Shown piece after piece: positions 35,106 to 44,449 of a stretch of 55,433 bases of DNA (the first letter of the stretch is position 1; every line of letters begins with the position of its first letter). Under the pieces are notes generated by a model. The model did no database searches, had not been told where the DNA came from, and saw nothing but the letters and a program-made list of their open reading frames with translations. This DNA is from Nanobdellota archaeon (lineage in GTDB: Archaea; Nanobdellota; Nanobdellia; Pacearchaeales; GW2011-AR1): assembly GCA_038044405.1 (NCBI GenBank), contig JBBTAC010000002.1, positions 1-55,433 of the forward strand, in the 5' to 3' direction. The position numbers and the translations under genes are program-made.

Positions 35106-36482
35106 TTATTTCTCAGCAATTCTCAAAATCTCTTTCAACTTAGATTTCATTGTAACTTTATCAACAGCTTCTAAATTAATTCTCAATAAAGGCTCTGTAT
35201 TGCTTTTCCTAACGCTAAACCAGTAATCATCAAACTGAATTCTCAAGCCATCAAAATTATCTATTTTTCGCGGTTTTTTATTTTTATAATATTTTTTAAT
35301 TTTCTCAACAATGTCTTCACCATCTTTTAATTTTATACTCATCTCTTCAGATTGAGAGTATTTATTAAATTCAGCAATCAAATCAGAAAATTTAATTCCA
35401 TTTTTCTTGGATTGAGAATAAATCTCTAGAACAAGCAAAGAACTAATCAATGCAGAATCAGCGTAATAATTATCCCTATAATAATAATGCCCAGAATGTT
35501 CAACTCCCAATAATGCATTGTTCTTATACATAGACTCCTTCATAAAAGCATGGCCGACTTTAGCACGCACAGATTTTCCATAATATTTTGATATGGTTTC
35601 GTTAATTATTTTACTGCAAGCAGAAGTATAGACAATATTTTCTTTTCTTTTCTTTTCTTGCAAAAGATATTTTGCCAATAAAGCACCTATAAAAGAGGTG
35701 CTAACAAGTTGACCTTTTTCGTCGACAAATGCAACTCTATCCATATCGCCGTCGAAAGCAATTCCAAAATCCGCTTTATCTTTTAAAACCATCTTTCTTA
35801 AAGACTTCATGTTATCTTTTAGAATAGGATTTGGCACATGATTTGGAAATTTTCCATCTAATTTAAAGTATAAGGGCAAAATGCGAATATCTAGGCCTTT
35901 GTAAATAAAAGGAACAAGTCTTCCAGCCATACCATTTCCAGCATCTACAGCTATTTTTAAATTTCCAATTTTACCTGGGTTAACGAAAGATAAAATATGT
36001 TTTTTATAATTTTTTAAGACGTCTCTTTTAGAAATTTCGCCTCTAATTTTTATGTTTGAAAAATAATCTTTTTCAATAAATTTTTTTATTTTATCTAATC
36101 CATTATTCATGTCAATAGGTCTTGCATTAGCCTTAACAATCTTGATCCCATTATATTCTGCAGGATTATGTGAAGCAGTTATCATGATTCCTGGAGTTTT
36201 ATAAAATGCACTCGCAAAATATAAAGCAGGAGTATCAATTAACCCTATATCCATAACATTGATTCCAGAATCAACAAACCCTTTAGCCAACGCATTAAAC
36301 AAAAGATTAGAAGATAATCTCATATCTCTTCCAATAATTATTTTCTTGCATTTTAAAAATTTAGATATCGCCCTCCCAGTTTTATAAGCAAAACTATCAT
36401 CTAACTCCTGGCCATAAACCCCTCTAATGTCGTTCATTCTAAAAATATTTTCAAACATATTGCCTCTTTCCCGATTTAGCAA
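35106..36482 (-). CDS. Phosphomannomutase/phosphoglucomutase
   Basis: Active-site serine loop ITASHNPAEYNGIK. Mg loop GIAFDGDMDR. The true start is probably the internal MFENIF (about 36458). Confidence 0.9.
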   Translation of the reverse strand: MLNRERGNMFENIFRMNDIRGVYGQELDDSFAYKTGRAISKFLKCKKIIIGRDMRLSSNLLFNALAKGFVDSGINVMDIGLIDTPALYFASAFYKTPGIMITASHNPAEYNGIKIVKANARPIDMNNGLDKIKKFIEKDYFSNIKIRGEISKRDVLKNYKKHILSFVNPGKIGNLKIAVDAGNGMAGRLVPFIYKGLDIRILPLYFKLDGKFPNHVPNPILKDNMKSLRKMVLKDKADFGIAFDGDMDRVAFVDEKGQLVSTSFIGALLAKYLLQEKKRKENIVYTSACSKIINETISKYYGKSVRAKVGHAFMKESMYKNNALLGVEHSGHYYYRDNYYADSALISSLLVLEIYSQSKKNGIKFSDLIAEFNKYSQSEEMSIKLKDGEDIVEKIKKYYKNKKPRKIDNFDGLRIQFDDYWFSVRKSNTEPLLRINLEAVDKVTMKSKLKEILRIAEK

Positions 36483-36544
36483 AAGATTTAATAATATAAA
36501 AATCTTGACCTCACTAGATTATTTTAATAAAGAGGTTAAAAAGA

Positions 36545-38746
36545 ATGCAAAAAGACGAGCCAGTAATTCTATATATGGCTACATATCCACCGCGTGAATG
36601 CGGAATAGCAACATTCACAAAAGATATTAGCGATGCTATAGACAGAAGATTCTTTCCATCAATAAAAACAAGAATTCTGGCAATGAATAATAACGGTACA
36701 AACATCTATAATTATCCAAAAAGGGTAATGTTCCAGATTAGCGATACAGAAATATCAAATTATTTAGAAATAGCTAATAAAATAAATAAATCCAAAGAGA
36801 TAAAGTTGATAAATATCCAGCATGAATTTGGAATATTTGGAGGAGAATTTGGAGAATATTTAATTCCCTTTCTAGAAGTTTTAAAGAAACCAGTCGTAAT
36901 AACTCTCCATAGTCTTATTCCATTTCCAAATGAAAAATTAAAAAACGTAGTGCAAGAAATATCTAAAAGAGTTAATGCCCTAATTGTAATGACTAAAAAA
37001 GGAGTTGACATTCTTCGAGAACATTACGGAATAGTTAACGGCAAACCAAAAGTATATGTTATTCCCCATGGAATTCCAAATGTAACCTTTGAATCACAGC
37101 AAAAAGAAAAGAAGAATCTTGGCTTTGAAAACAATACGATTTTGCTGACATTTGGAATGATGGGCCCTGGAAAGGGTTATGAACATGTTATAGAATCTCT
37201 TCCAGAAATTGTAAAGAGCTATCCAAATTTACTTTACTTAATTGTAGGTGAAACTCATCCAATGGTAAGAAAAAGAGAAGGAGAACAATATAGAAACTCT
37301 TTAGATGCCAGAATAAAAAGATTAAAGCTGCAAAAGCACGTTAAATTTTATAATAAGTATGTTACGCAGTCTGAAATAATAAGTTACATTAAAGCCTCAG
37401 ATATTTACTTATGTACGCCAGACAATCCAAATCAAATAACTTCGGGCACATTAGCTTATGCAATGGGCAGCGGAAGAACAGTAATAGCAACGCCATTTAT
37501 TCACGCAAAAGATATTGTTACAGAAAATCGCGGTCGTCTAGTAGAATTCAAAAATTCAGAATCAATAAAGAACGCTTTATCAGAATTATTATCCATAAAA
37601 GAAAAGAGAAAAGATATGGAGCGCAATTCTTATTATTACACCCGTCACATGACCTGGCCAAACGTAGCAATGGCTTATGGCCGAGTATTTAAAGAAATTC
37701 TAAAAGAACAGGCAGTAGATATAAAAGAATTGCCAAAGATAAACATGCAGCATTTAATGAGGCTCACAGATAAATTCGGTATAATCCAATTCTCAGAACA
37801 AACCAATCCCGATAAAGCATCAGGTTACACTTTAGATGATAATGCCCGTGCGTTGCTAGTATCAGCAATGCATTATGAAAGATTTAATGAATATAAACAG
37901 CTAAAATTAATAAAAACTTATTTAGATTATATAAATTTTGTAAAAGATAAGGATGGAAAGCTATATAATTTTGTTGATAAATACAAAATGATAAACGGCG
38001 ATTGGAGTGAAGATGCACATGGAAGAGCATTATGGGCTTTAGGTTATTTAGCTTCGCTAGACAAGATTCCAAAAGATTTAAGGAATAAAGCAGACAATTT
38101 ATTCTTAGAGACTTTATCAGTAGCTTCCATTATGCGTTCTCCAAGAGCAATAGCATTTACAATATCAGGCCTATATTATTATAATCAAAAAAAGAAATCA
38201 GATTATATTAAAAATAATATAAAGAAACTTGCAAATATACTAATTTCACTCTATGATCATAATTCTTCTACAAAATGGCAATGGTTTGAACCATTTCTTA
38301 CATATTCAAATAGCAAGCTCCCAGAAGCCTTGCTTTATGCCTACCAGTTGACAAATGAAGAGAATTATCTCGACAAAGCAGTAAAAACTCTTGATTTTTT
38401 AATTTCAAAAACATTCGAAAAAGATATTTTTGTTCCAATAGGGCAAAGAGGATGGTATGAAAAAGATAAAGAGCGCGCATATTTTGACCAGCAGCCAATA
38501 GAGGCAGGCTACACAGTTCAAACTCTTATAGAGGCTCACAAAATAACAAAAAATGAAAAGTATAAGGATTATGCAATAAAGTCATTTGAATGGTTCTTAG
38601 GAAAAAATATGCTGCGGCAAACAATCTATAACGAGAAAACAGGCGGCTGTCATGACGGTTTAGGTGAAAATGCAATCAATCTTAATCAAGGCGCAGAATC
38701 CACACTTTCATATCTAATGGCGAGATTGTCTTTGATAGAACTTTAA
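36545..38746 (+). CDS. GT4-family glycosyltransferase fused to a C-terminal ~340-aa (alpha/alpha)-barrel-like domain
   Basis: The N-terminal ~390 aa has a GT-B/GT4 layout (ECGIATFTKD..., GETHP..., TSGTLAYAMGSGRTVIATPF). The C-terminal half has helical-repeat motifs DDNARALLV and HGRALWALGY. Confidence 0.78.
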   Translation: MQKDEPVILYMATYPPRECGIATFTKDISDAIDRRFFPSIKTRILAMNNNGTNIYNYPKRVMFQISDTEISNYLEIANKINKSKEIKLINIQHEFGIFGGEFGEYLIPFLEVLKKPVVITLHSLIPFPNEKLKNVVQEISKRVNALIVMTKKGVDILREHYGIVNGKPKVYVIPHGIPNVTFESQQKEKKNLGFENNTILLTFGMMGPGKGYEHVIESLPEIVKSYPNLLYLIVGETHPMVRKREGEQYRNSLDARIKRLKLQKHVKFYNKYVTQSEIISYIKASDIYLCTPDNPNQITSGTLAYAMGSGRTVIATPFIHAKDIVTENRGRLVEFKNSESIKNALSELLSIKEKRKDMERNSYYYTRHMTWPNVAMAYGRVFKEILKEQAVDIKELPKINMQHLMRLTDKFGIIQFSEQTNPDKASGYTLDDNARALLVSAMHYERFNEYKQLKLIKTYLDYINFVKDKDGKLYNFVDKYKMINGDWSEDAHGRALWALGYLASLDKIPKDLRNKADNLFLETLSVASIMRSPRAIAFTISGLYYYNQKKKSDYIKNNIKKLANILISLYDHNSSTKWQWFEPFLTYSNSKLPEALLYAYQLTNEENYLDKAVKTLDFLISKTFEKDIFVPIGQRGWYEKDKERAYFDQQPIEAGYTVQTLIEAHKITKNEKYKDYAIKSFEWFLGKNMLRQTIYNEKTGGCHDGLGENAINLNQGAESTLSYLMARLSLIEL

Positions 38747-38767
38747 ATTTAAAGTATAATAATTTAT

Positions 38768-39058
38768 TTAATTTTTCTTACCATTCGCAGGAACATTCAT
38801 CTGCACATTATCTATTGGGACATTAAATTTGTGCCTCTTTCTCACAATATCTTCAATTTCAATTTCAACAATTTCAGGAAAGCGATCATTCTTATTCACA
38901 CCAAGCAACCTAACAAGTCCATACTCTTTATCAGAAGCAATAAAATCTAATTTATTAACCCAGCACGATGCTATTTCATCAGGTCGAGGATCACAAACTT
39001 GAAATGTAGCCAGAAGATAATTTCTTTCTTCTTTGTATTTGCAAAATAAATATGCCAT
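38768..39058 (-). CDS. Hypothetical protein
   Basis: 96-aa ORF, no motif. Confidence 0.45.
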   Translation of the reverse strand: MAYLFCKYKEERNYLLATFQVCDPRPDEIASCWVNKLDFIASDKEYGLVRLLGVNKNDRFPEIVEIEIEDIVRKRHKFNVPIDNVQMNVPANGKKN

Positions 39059-39128
39059 TTTTATTTATAATTTTATCAATTTTTAAATCCTTGCAAAACC
39101 TTTTATACAATACGATATTAATATAAAA

Positions 39129-40235
39129 ATGAATCAAATAGAAGAGGCATATGAACAAGCTATAAAAGTTCTAGAAAAATGCGCAACAAACCATGGTTTT
39201 CATGCAGCACATCCGGGCTATCAAGGAATCTGGGCAAGAGACTCAAATATAACTTCTTTAGGCGCTTCTCTTCTGGGGGATAAATTTAAAGAAGAATTTA
39301 AGAGTTCATTAATTATGCTGGCAAAGGGCCAGTCAGAAAAAGGCCAGATTCCAAACGCAGTTCTATGTCATGAAAAGCCAATAAAAATAGATTACAAATC
39401 AATTGACTCAACTTTATGGTTTTTAATCGGACATTATATTTTCAAACAAAGATATAACGATTCTTCTTTAATAAATAAATATAAAAAAAATATAGAAAAA
39501 GCATTAACATGGTTATCTTATCAAGATATGGGCGAGGACTCAATGCTAGAACAGCTTCCAACAACAGACTGGCAAGATGCCTTTCCACATCGTTACGGGC
39601 ACACAATAAATACTCAAGCACTTTACTATAAAGTTTTACAATCCACAAATCAAAAAGAAAAAGCAAGAAAACTAAAAGAACAAACAAATAATAATGAAGA
39701 TAACAAACTTTGGAATGGGTCTTTTTATCTTCCTTGGCGTTGGAAAAATCATAGAAAATATCAAGAAAAAGGAGAATGGTTCGATTCTCTAGGAAATTTA
39801 TTATCTATTATTTTTGAGCTTGCAGATGATCAAAAATCAAACAAAATTCTAGAGTATATTAAAAAAAATAATATAAGCAAGCCATATCCAGTAAAAGCAA
39901 TTTATCCGCCAATAACAAAAGATTCAAAAGATTGGCAGCCATATTTCGAAGACTGCGGAGCCAAAACTCCTTATAATTATCTTAATGCAGGAATCTGGAC
40001 ATTTATCGGAGGATTTTATATTTTAGCATTGATAAAACAAGGAAATTTTAAAGAGGCAGAGCATCAATTAGAAAAGTTAGCAGAAGCAAATTTACAATCT
40101 GGTTTTGCAGAATGGCTTCATGGTCAAACAGGAAAAATAGGCACATCTTCAAGTAAAGAAGGTAATCAGGCATGGAATGCCGGAATGTATATTTTAGCTT
40201 ATCAATCAATAAAAGAAAAGAAATGTTTAATTTAG
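39129..40235 (+). CDS. (alpha/alpha)6-barrel glycoside hydrolase, GDE_C / GH100-like (amylo-alpha-1,6-glucosidase / neutral invertase superfamily)
   Basis: GIWARDSNITSLGA, TTDWQD, and YLNAGIWTFIGGFY-type helical hairpins. The exact family is not resolvable by eye. Confidence 0.68.
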   Translation: MNQIEEAYEQAIKVLEKCATNHGFHAAHPGYQGIWARDSNITSLGASLLGDKFKEEFKSSLIMLAKGQSEKGQIPNAVLCHEKPIKIDYKSIDSTLWFLIGHYIFKQRYNDSSLINKYKKNIEKALTWLSYQDMGEDSMLEQLPTTDWQDAFPHRYGHTINTQALYYKVLQSTNQKEKARKLKEQTNNNEDNKLWNGSFYLPWRWKNHRKYQEKGEWFDSLGNLLSIIFELADDQKSNKILEYIKKNNISKPYPVKAIYPPITKDSKDWQPYFEDCGAKTPYNYLNAGIWTFIGGFYILALIKQGNFKEAEHQLEKLAEANLQSGFAEWLHGQTGKIGTSSSKEGNQAWNAGMYILAYQSIKEKKCLI

Positions 40236-40287
40236 TATTATGACGAAAAAATAATAAATAGAGTATTAAGCAATAGATGGATTAAAA

Positions 40288-40485
40288 ATGAATAATAAAT
40301 ATCACTACGATGCAGAATCAGATTCGCTTTTTATATACTTGGAGGAAGGGGAAGAAGAAAGTTTTGAGGAAATTATACCTGGTATTAATATAGAGTTTGA
40401 TAAAAAAGGAAAGGTAATTGGAATAGAGGTGCTTAAAGCTTCACGCTTTAAAGAAAAATTAAAAGACAAAATAATTGGGCATTAA
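40288..40485 (+). CDS. DUF2283-like small protein
   Basis: YDAESDSLFIYL...KGKVIGIEVLKAS pattern. 65 aa. Confidence 0.6.
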   Translation: MNNKYHYDAESDSLFIYLEEGEEESFEEIIPGINIEFDKKGKVIGIEVLKASRFKEKLKDKIIGH

Positions 40486-40493
40486 TTCAATAA

Positions 40494-41633
40494 TTATTCT
40501 CTCAATCCAAACTTCTCAATAATAATATCCGCCGCCTTCTTAGATACGACCCAATAATCAAAATTAGCAACAGCATGTTTCCTAGCTTCTTCTCCCATTT
40601 TATTGCGCAATTCAGCGTCTGTTAACAATTTCAATGTATATTCAGCAAGTTCATCTATATTTGCTCTGTAAGCAAATACTTTAGGTTCGTCAAATTTTAG
40701 TATCTTCTCTTCTGAAAAACCCATCCAAGGATAAACCCATTCTTGATTTAAAATTACTTTATCAGCAACATTAGCTAGAAAGCCCGTTTTTCCATGAACA
40801 ATAGTTTCCTTAGGCCCCATTGCATTTATTGAAATAACAGGTTTACCGCATGACATTGCCTCAACTTGAATCATCCCGAATCCCTCTAATCTAGAAGGAG
40901 CGGCATAAATATCGCAAGCATTTAAAACATAAGGCATGAAATCATTTGAAAATACGTCGTCTATAAAAATTACTTTATCTTGAATACCAAGTTCCTTAAT
41001 AATTTTGTCTTCTTCCATATGCCATTCAGAAGCATTATCAGAAGGCCAGCTTTTGCAAATATATTTCCAATTCTTGAATTTTTCATTTACTTTTGCAAGA
41101 GCTCTAAACATTTCTTGAGCACCTTTGCTCGTAACATCCCCTCCAGCTGTCAAAATCATAAGCTCATCTTTAATTCCAAGCATTTCTCTAATTCCCTTTA
41201 TTTTATCATCCTTTGGCAAAGGTTTGAATAAACCAGTGTCGATCCCAATATGCAACGGAACAAAATTCTTTACATCAACACCATCTCTCTTGTAAGTTTC
41301 TTTAACCCAATCGCTCGTTGTAAATACTAAAGGTAAGTTTTCAATATCTTTATGATAATTAGCAATCCAACCGTCTGCATTAAACCAAGGTACAGGTGTA
41401 ACCCCAAATTTTAATGGGTGTTGTATCAAATGAGGCGCATTTGCCCAATAACCTATTCCAATAGCAACATCTGGCTTTAAATTTTTAAAATAGAATTCTT
41501 TTTGCGTAGAGCCTTCTCTATTACAAGGCAAAACATCATGCCCTTGCTCCAATAAACCTCTATACAGCATATCTCCTTGGATGCTCAAACCGTCTGATTC
41601 AGCAGGATAAGGATAAAGTATTACAGCTTTCAT
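40494..41633 (-). CDS. GT4-family glycosyltransferase
   Basis: E-x7-E region EGFGMIQVEAMSCGKPVI. GT-B layout. Last gene of the overlapping operon. Confidence 0.88.
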   Translation of the reverse strand: MKAVILYPYPAESDGLSIQGDMLYRGLLEQGHDVLPCNREGSTQKEFYFKNLKPDVAIGIGYWANAPHLIQHPLKFGVTPVPWFNADGWIANYHKDIENLPLVFTTSDWVKETYKRDGVDVKNFVPLHIGIDTGLFKPLPKDDKIKGIREMLGIKDELMILTAGGDVTSKGAQEMFRALAKVNEKFKNWKYICKSWPSDNASEWHMEEDKIIKELGIQDKVIFIDDVFSNDFMPYVLNACDIYAAPSRLEGFGMIQVEAMSCGKPVISINAMGPKETIVHGKTGFLANVADKVILNQEWVYPWMGFSEEKILKFDEPKVFAYRANIDELAEYTLKLLTDAELRNKMGEEARKHAVANFDYWVVSKKAADIIIEKFGLRE

Positions 41634-42217
41634 ATTACTCGGACATTAAAAGCCTCAACATTTCCGCTCGATTTAACTTCAAAACTTTCATCATTAAAAC
41701 CATAAACATTTTTTATTAAATATAACTTCTTTGAATGAATGTCTTTTGACAGCTTTATAAATTTATTTGCATTTTTGTCTATACTACAAAAACCCCCAAT
41801 AGAATTTTTTCCTTTATAGGAAAAGTAAAAAATCCCTTTGCATTTTAATTCTTTATTTTCAATCATTTTATTTACAGCTCTATGCACGTCTAAATGTCTA
41901 ATATGCCCATATTCTCCATTCTTGCCGTGAGTATAAACATAACCGTATTCTTCATTCTTTTTCATTGCCTTTATCTTGTTTATTACTTCATCACTATCTA
42001 AATCATGAAATTTTTCATCATCCAAATCAGATATAGAATAATCCGCGTTTAATTCTTTGCAAACTTTAGAAAATTTCGGCATTCTATCTTTATCATCTTT
42101 CCTGCATAAACAGATAATTTCCCATTCACAATCTTTATTTTGAATAATAGTGCCTCCCATCCAAATCGTCTCATCATCAGGATGAGCAACAATAACTAAA
42201 TTTTTTATTTTCTTCAT
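41630..42217 (-). CDS. PIG-L/LmbE-family N-acetylglucosaminyl deacetylase
   Basis: VIVAHPDDETIWMGG signature, with a later H..H (GHIRHLDVH). Confidence 0.85.
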   Translation of the reverse strand: MKKIKNLVIVAHPDDETIWMGGTIIQNKDCEWEIICLCRKDDKDRMPKFSKVCKELNADYSISDLDDEKFHDLDSDEVINKIKAMKKNEEYGYVYTHGKNGEYGHIRHLDVHRAVNKMIENKELKCKGIFYFSYKGKNSIGGFCSIDKNANKFIKLSKDIHSKKLYLIKNVYGFNDESFEVKSSGNVEAFNVRVI

Positions 42218-42906
42218 AATTTACTAGCAGCTTCTTTATCAATTATAAATGTGACGTCCTTATGCTTTTTTAATATACTTGCAGGAACTTTCTCGTAAAT
42301 TTTACCCTGAACAGATTTAGCAATAGCATCAGCCTTATGTTTACCATTAGCTAACAAAATAATTTTCTTTGCACGCATAATTGTAGCAATTCCAACTGTC
42401 AAAGCATACTTTCCAACTTTATTGTCTTTCAAAGTCATTTCACTCAATTTTATTTTTCTTGTTTCGCTCTTAAATGAAGAGCCAGGTTCATTAAATCCAA
42501 TATGTCCATTTCGTCCAATACCTAAAATCTGCAAGTCAATTCCTCCAGCTTTCTTTATTTCTTTTTCGTAATTCTTGCACTCTAATTCAATATCGTCAGC
42601 TAAACCATTAAGAAAATGTATGTTTTCCTTTTTAATATCAATTTTATTAAATAAATTTTTATCCATAAAAAATCTTAAGCTTTTTTTATTATCCTCACTC
42701 AATAAGTATTCATCTAGATTAAAAATTTTAATTCTAGAGAAATCTATCTTGGAATTTTTATAAGCCAAAACAAGCTCTTTATAAAAAGGAATCATTGTCT
42801 TTCCTGTTGCTAACCCTAAAACTAAATTTCTCTTTTTCTGTTTATATAAAATATCGAGGGCTTCAAGTGCAATTTGCCTTGTATTTTGAACTATTATTAA
42901 TTTCAT
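42214..42906 (-). CDS. nagB: Glucosamine-6-phosphate deaminase
   Basis: LGLATGKTM, FNLDEY, QILGIGRNGHIGFNEPGSS. Confidence 0.88.
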   Translation of the reverse strand: MKLIIVQNTRQIALEALDILYKQKKRNLVLGLATGKTMIPFYKELVLAYKNSKIDFSRIKIFNLDEYLLSEDNKKSLRFFMDKNLFNKIDIKKENIHFLNGLADDIELECKNYEKEIKKAGGIDLQILGIGRNGHIGFNEPGSSFKSETRKIKLSEMTLKDNKVGKYALTVGIATIMRAKKIILLANGKHKADAIAKSVQGKIYEKVPASILKKHKDVTFIIDKEAASKL

Positions 42907-43985
42907 TAGAAATACTCCATTTGCTTGAAGATTTCATCAAAATCTATTTGTTTGACAGCAGTTATACTATCTGCTCCTCCATAATATATAAGTAAACTCT
43001 TTTCATCCAAACTAACAACGGCCCCTGTTGGAAATACAACTCTATTTATGAATCCCCGTGTTTCATAATCCTCTTCAGGTTGAAATAAAGGTTTATTGGT
43101 AGGAGATCTAGCAATAATTTTCTCTGGATTTTTTAAATCCAATAAAACAGCGCCAGCACAATATACGCTTTCTTCACCCTCTTCCCTTACACCGTGATAA
43201 ATTATCAGCCACCCTTTTTTTGTTTTTATTGGAGGTGCTCCACCGCCTATTCTTCTAGAATCCCAAGAATCATGCCTAGGTCTAAGTATACTTCTTTCCC
43301 GACCCCAATAAACTAAATCCGGAGAATAGGAAATCCAAATGCTTGGTCTGCTGAATTTGAAAAATCCTTCTGGTCTATGTAAAGCAACATATTTGCCTTT
43401 TATTTTTTCAGGGAATATTACAGCATCTTTATTCTGTTCTCTAAATATTATTCCATTCCTAGTCCATGAATCTACATTCTTAGATACAGCTAAACAAGTA
43501 GAAACACCTTCATTATTAGAAATACTAACATAAGTCATATAATATTTTCCATCCATCTCTATAATTCTCGGATCTTCAACTCCATAATCACTTTCTCCAG
43601 GAATACCTGTAAAAATAGGCTTATTTCCTATATTCTCTACAGAGAATCCATCACTGCTTAAAATCGCTTTTCTAAAATGAGATATTGTAGGCAGTCTGCA
43701 AGAACCATCTTTCAAATACATTTCACCCCACTTACCCCTTCTAATAATATCTTTTTCATTTATCTTCTGATAATTTGCCTTGTATTCGCTTTCAGAAGAC
43801 ATTACAGGGCATGTTGTCATATTCTTCTGTCCAAAGCCAGCACTTTCAGCAATTCGCACATATAGGGCTATTTTTTTATCTTGCAATCTTACAGCTGCAG
43901 GATTAAATGCTCCTTCTATCTTCCAATCTTTAAAACTCGGTTTAAAATTATCCGGCTTCAATAACAATTTACTTTTAAATCTCAT
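42906..43985 (-). CDS. GH130-family beta-mannoside phosphorylase
   Basis: FNPAAV, GVEDPRIIEMDGKYYMTYV, YGGADSITAV. About 360 aa, with a five-bladed-propeller family pattern. Confidence 0.83.
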   Translation of the reverse strand: MRFKSKLLLKPDNFKPSFKDWKIEGAFNPAAVRLQDKKIALYVRIAESAGFGQKNMTTCPVMSSESEYKANYQKINEKDIIRRGKWGEMYLKDGSCRLPTISHFRKAILSSDGFSVENIGNKPIFTGIPGESDYGVEDPRIIEMDGKYYMTYVSISNNEGVSTCLAVSKNVDSWTRNGIIFREQNKDAVIFPEKIKGKYVALHRPEGFFKFSRPSIWISYSPDLVYWGRERSILRPRHDSWDSRRIGGGAPPIKTKKGWLIIYHGVREEGEESVYCAGAVLLDLKNPEKIIARSPTNKPLFQPEEDYETRGFINRVVFPTGAVVSLDEKSLLIYYGGADSITAVKQIDFDEIFKQMEYF

Positions 43986-44449
43986 CTTTTCAAAAACCTC
44001 TTTTTAAATTTTATATTATAATTTGGCATGGAATCCTCTTGATAAACAGTTAAAGCTTTTAATTTTTTCTTTCCGACATTTACCAATCTATGTGCATATC
44101 CTTCTGGAATTAAAGTTATCTCTCCTTTTTTCAAATTAACTCTTTGCGCTTTATTATTCTTTTGCATAACTAATACACCAGATCCCTCTAAAAGAATATA
44201 AAATTCAGGCGTTCTATTAGAATGCACATGACCGCGAGTCATGTAAAATTCTTCATTTATTGCCCCAGGATTTATTACAGTCAATCCAAGTTGAATTGGA
44301 GACAATTTTTTAATATAAACGTCATAAATTATCGAGTTATCGTCAAAATTAGATTCATCTTTAAATCTATTTTTCATATCTCTCAATTTAATAATTTCTT
44401 TTTTATCATAATTGTTCTCAAATTCCCTTATAGTTTTATTATAATTCAT
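43982..44449 (-). CDS. pgiA: Cupin-type phosphoglucose isomerase (archaeal cPGI-like)
   Basis: MTRGHVHSNRTPEFYILLEG...IPEGYAHRLVNVG matches the cPGI metal-binding cupin motifs. At 155 aa it is shorter than the roughly 190-aa Pyrococcus enzyme, as I recall it. Confidence 0.72.
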   Translation of the reverse strand: MNYNKTIREFENNYDKKEIIKLRDMKNRFKDESNFDDNSIIYDVYIKKLSPIQLGLTVINPGAINEEFYMTRGHVHSNRTPEFYILLEGSGVLVMQKNNKAQRVNLKKGEITLIPEGYAHRLVNVGKKKLKALTVYQEDSMPNYNIKFKKRFLKR

